Shown here: positions 60,135-64,000 of the stretch, one piece after another | Numbering within the stretch: the first letter of the stretch is position 1 | Layout of the letters: the number at the start of each line of letters is the position of its first letter | Source: Mobula hypostoma | Lineage: Eukaryota | Assembly: GCF_963921235.1 (NCBI RefSeq) | Contig: NC_086097.1 | Location: 17,856,001-17,920,000, forward strand | DNA: 64,000 bases | Direction: 5' to 3' | Translations under genes and position numbers: made by a program | The notes under the pieces: model-generated | Seen by the model: the letters and a program-made list of their open reading frames with translations, nothing else | Database searches by the model: none | What the model was told of the DNA's origin: nothing

Positions 60135-63100
60135 GAACATAAAAAAGTACAAGCTTTTCAGTCCATGATGTTGTGCCAACCTTATAACCTACTCCAAGAT
60201 CACTCTAACCCTTCCCTCCCACATAGCTGTCTATTTTCCTTTCATCCAAATGCCTATCTGAGTCTTTTGAAAAGCCCTAATGCATCTCCCTCTACCACCA
60301 ACCCTGTCAGTGCCTTCCACACATTTATTATTCACTGTATAAAAAACCTACTTCTGATATTTGCCCTATACTTTCCTCCAATCACCTTAAAATTATGCCC
60401 TCTCATATTAGCCATTGCTGCCCCAGGGAAAAAGGCACTGGCTATCCACTCCATCCATGCATTTGATCATTTTATACACCTCTGATGAGTCATCTCTCAT
60501 CCTCCTTCACTCCAAAGAGAAAGCCCAAGCTCATTCAACTTTTCAAAGAAACATAGAAAACCTACAGCACAACACTGGCCCTTCAGCCCACAATGCTGTG
60601 CTGAATATGAACTTACTTTAGAAATTACCTAGAGTTACCTAAAGACCTCTATTTTTTTAAGCTCCATGTACCTAACCAGGAGTCTCTTAAAAGACTCTAT
60701 CACATCTGCCTCCACCACCGTCGCCGGCAGCCCATTTCATGCACTCACTACTCTCTGCATAAAAAACTTACCCCTGACATCTCCTTTGTGTACCTACTTC
60801 CAAGCACCTTAAAAGCCTCTGACTATCCACACGGTCAATGTCTCTCATCATCTTATACACCACTATCAAGTCATGTCTCATTCTCCCACTGAAGAAGAGG
60901 ACAAGTTCACTCAACCTATTCTCATAAGGCATGCTCCTCAATCCAGGCAACATCCTTGTAAACTATGTTCCCTCTAAGCTGTGCACATGTGCGTGCACGC
61001 GCGCACAAGTTTTTCAGCCAGCGCACAAAGGAAATTAATGTGCACACAAAAGGTTAGTTACCTAAAAGAATGTAGTAATTAATAATTATATTTTTTGAAA
61101 ATAATCTTTTAGCTCAATGTTTCTGTTAACTAGTTAGTCAGTTTTTCAAATACCACAATGCACGTCACTAATTTACGTCACCTCACCTTTCCTGTTCCGG
61201 TTTGTACAGCTGCAGCACAGCAGCAGCCATCTTTGGTGGACAGTGTTCATATCGTAAAGTTTACAAAGATCTGTTTCAAATCCTGTAGATAGCTTACTAA
61301 GTTTTTATTGAAAAAGATCAGTCAAATGACCCTGTGCCTAAATACTGTCACAAGATATTGATAAAGGTCACATACAAAGTAGCTTTACAGGTTTTAAGTG
61401 ATGTCTTTGATGAACTGGCTGCACTGTGCAAGATTCTGCAAAAGAGTGCCTGACACCGACTGATTCACTTCATTTTGCGCGAGGTAAAATTAACAAGATA
61501 AGAAAGCAGTATTGGGAGACAATGTTTCGTGGAGTGACAAAGTTAAAGTTTTGCTAAACCAACAACATGAAGAAAACGTCATAGTAGATACACATTCACT
61601 GTTGACTTTTATAAATAGTCTTTGTGTTCATCTAGAAGAAAGGTTTCCTGAAGATGAGGAACAAGAATGGTCAGCTTTTAATTTCTCCGCAATTGCAGAT
61701 TGTGACTTCACATTTGGTGATGAACAAGTTAATGCCTTATGTCTAAAATACCATGATTTTCTAGCTAAGAATACTGTAAAAGATAGACAGTTTAATGACT
61801 TCAAATTTTCCGTGCAAGAAAAATTAAATCCAAACTGATTTAAAACTTTGCTCAAATGGTGGCATTTGTACTTCAAAATGAACAGTTTTGGGACCTTGCA
61901 CAGTTGATGGACATTGGGGAAACCTTTCTTGTGTCTCGTGCGGACTGTGAGCGAGGTTTTAGCCTAATGAATCAGCTCAAAAACAAGCTGAGAAACCGTT
62001 TATGTGAATGTCATTTGGATATATTAATGAGAATCAAAAGCTATCAATTGGATGGAAGTTCTATTAGTCTAGATAGAGTTTACAAAGAATGGATAAATAC
62101 CAAAGACAGGAGAGAGGAAAAAATAACTGAGTGACTTAAATATGTATGTTATTTTTTTATTATTCTGTGCAGTTTTATGTCAAATATTTTGTAAACCTAC
62201 ATAAACTGTGCCATGTGTGCATTCAGTGTGCACATACTTTTGTCACAGGAAAAAAATTTGCACAACATACGATTTTTGCACACACTGACTACTAAAAATT
62301 AGAGGGAACATTGCTTGTAAATCCCCTCTGCACTCTTTCTATAGTTACCACATCCTTCCTGTAGTGAGGTGTCAGAACTGAGCACAGTACTCCAAAGTGG
62401 GGTCTGACTAGGGTCCTATATAGATGTAACATTACCTCTTGGCTCTTAACTCAATCCCATGGTTGATGAAGGCCAATGCACCATATGCCTTCTTATCCAC
62501 AGAGTCCACCTGTGCAGCAGCTTTGAATGTCCTATAGACTCGGACCCCAAGATCCCTCTGATCCTCCACACTGCCAAGAGCCTTACCATTAATACTATAT
62601 TCTCTCAACATATTTGACCTACCAAAATGAACCACCTCACACTGATCTGAGTTGAACTCCATCTGCCACTTCTCAACCCAGTTTTGCAAACTATTGATGT
62701 CCTGCTATAACCTCTCACAGCCCTCCGCACTATCCACAACACCCCCAACCTTTGTGTCATCAGCAAATTTACTAACCCATCCCTCCACTTCCTCATCCAC
62801 GTCATTTAAAAAAATCATGAAGAGGAGGGGTCCCAGAACAGATCCCTGAGGCACACCACTGGTCACTGACCTCCATGCAGAATATGACCTGTCTGCAACC
62901 ACTCTTTGCCTTCCGTGGGCAAGCTAATTCTAGATCCACAAAGCAAGGTCCCCTTGGATCCCATGCCTCCTTACTTTCTCAATAAGCCTTGCAAGGGGTA
63001 CCTTATCAAGTTCCTTGCTGAAATCCATATACACTACATCTACTGTTCTACCTTCATCAACGTGTTTAGCCACATCCTCAAAAAATTCAGTCAGGCTCGT

Positions 63101-64000
63101 AAGGAACAACATGCCTTTAACAAAGCCATGCTGACTATTCCTAATCATATTATGCCTCTCCAAATGTTCATAAATCCTGCCTCTCAGGATCTTTTCCATT
63201 AACTTACCAACCACTGAAGTAAGACTCACTGGTCTATAATTTCCTGAACTATCTCTACTCCCTTTCTTGAATAAGGGAACAACATCTACAACCCTCCAAT
63301 CCTCTGGAACCTCTCCCATCCCCATTGATGATGCAAAGATCATCGCCAGAGGCTCAGCAATCTCCACCCTTGCCTCCCAGAGTAGTCTAAGGTACATTTC
63401 ATCCAGTCCCGGAGACTTTTCCAACTTGATGCTTTGCAAAAGCTGCAGCACATCCTCTTTCTTAATGTCTATATGCTCAAGCTTTTCAATCTGTTGTAAG
63501 TCATCCCTACAATTGCCAAGATACTTTTCCATAGTGAAAACTGAAGCAAAGTATTCATTAAGTACCTCTACTATCTCCTCCATTCCATACACACTTTTCC
63601 ACTGTGACACTTGATTCATCCTATTCTCTCACGTCTTATCCTCTTGCTCTTCACATACATGTAGAATGCCTTGGTCCTGCTCAACAAGGCCTTCTCATGG
63701 CCCCTTCTGGCTCTCCTAATTTCACTCCTAAGCTCCTTCCTGCTAGCCTTATAATCTTCTAGATCTCTTTCATTACCTAGTTTTTTGAACCTTTTGTTAT
63801 CTTTCCTTCTTGACTAGATTTTCGACAGCCTTTGTACACCATGGTTCCTGTACCCTACCATCCTTTCCCTGTCTCATTGGAACTCCACACAAATATCCCC
63901 CTGAACATTTGCCACATTTCTACCGTACATTTCCCTGAGAACATCTGTTCCCAATTTATGCTTCCAAGTTCCTGCCTGATAGCTTCATATTTCCCCTTAC
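60135..64000 (-). mobile_element. CR1 LINEs (3' fragment 60135-60545; longer copy from about 60548 to the window end) interrupted by a hAT element
   Basis: [32 protein letters not shown] and KFADDTK motifs. Confidence 0.85.
60963..62313 (+). mobile_element. Internally deleted hAT DNA transposon (Tip100-like), 1351 bp
   Basis: 15-bp TIRs C(T/A)ATGTTCCCTCTAA with 1 mismatch; 8-bp TSD CTTGTAAA at 60955-60962 and 62314-62321; hAT dimerisation motif SRADCERGFSLMNQLKNKLRNRL in ORF 61856..62134. Confidence 0.93.

Overview
Eukaryotic, repeat-saturated vertebrate DNA, most likely a cartilaginous fish (shark or ray; inferred from the repeat landscape, not proven). The only host gene is three consecutive phase-1 calcium-binding EGF exons of a latent TGF-beta-binding protein, best match LTBP2, on the + strand (3439-3570, 30009-30134, 40185-40328). 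They are separated by 26.4-kb and 10.1-kb introns; I found no further exon in the remaining 23.7 kb. Nearly all other ORFs are transposon-derived: many CR1 LINEs (one young family with four copies, including a 5'-complete one), a 5'-truncated L1 carrying a complete CsRN1-clade Gypsy element, a second Gypsy pol fragment, Neptune-type Penelope-like elements (PLEs) with minimal hammerhead ribozymes, an R4/Dong fragment, Rex1/Babar fragments, a mariner MITE with four TIRs, a deleted hAT element, and two structured non-coding retroposons with TSDs. The most interesting signal is the CR1 ORF1/ORF2 junction: a U_UUA_AAC slippery heptamer directly before the ORF1 stop, ORF2 in the -1 frame with no AUG before the first endonuclease motif, and the same heptamer in a second CR1 family. 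This points to programmed -1 ribosomal frameshifting in a LINE. Also notable are hammerhead-bearing PLE fold-backs inside the LTBP2 pre-mRNA. Boundaries of old degenerate repeats are approximate, and family names come from motif recognition, not database searches.
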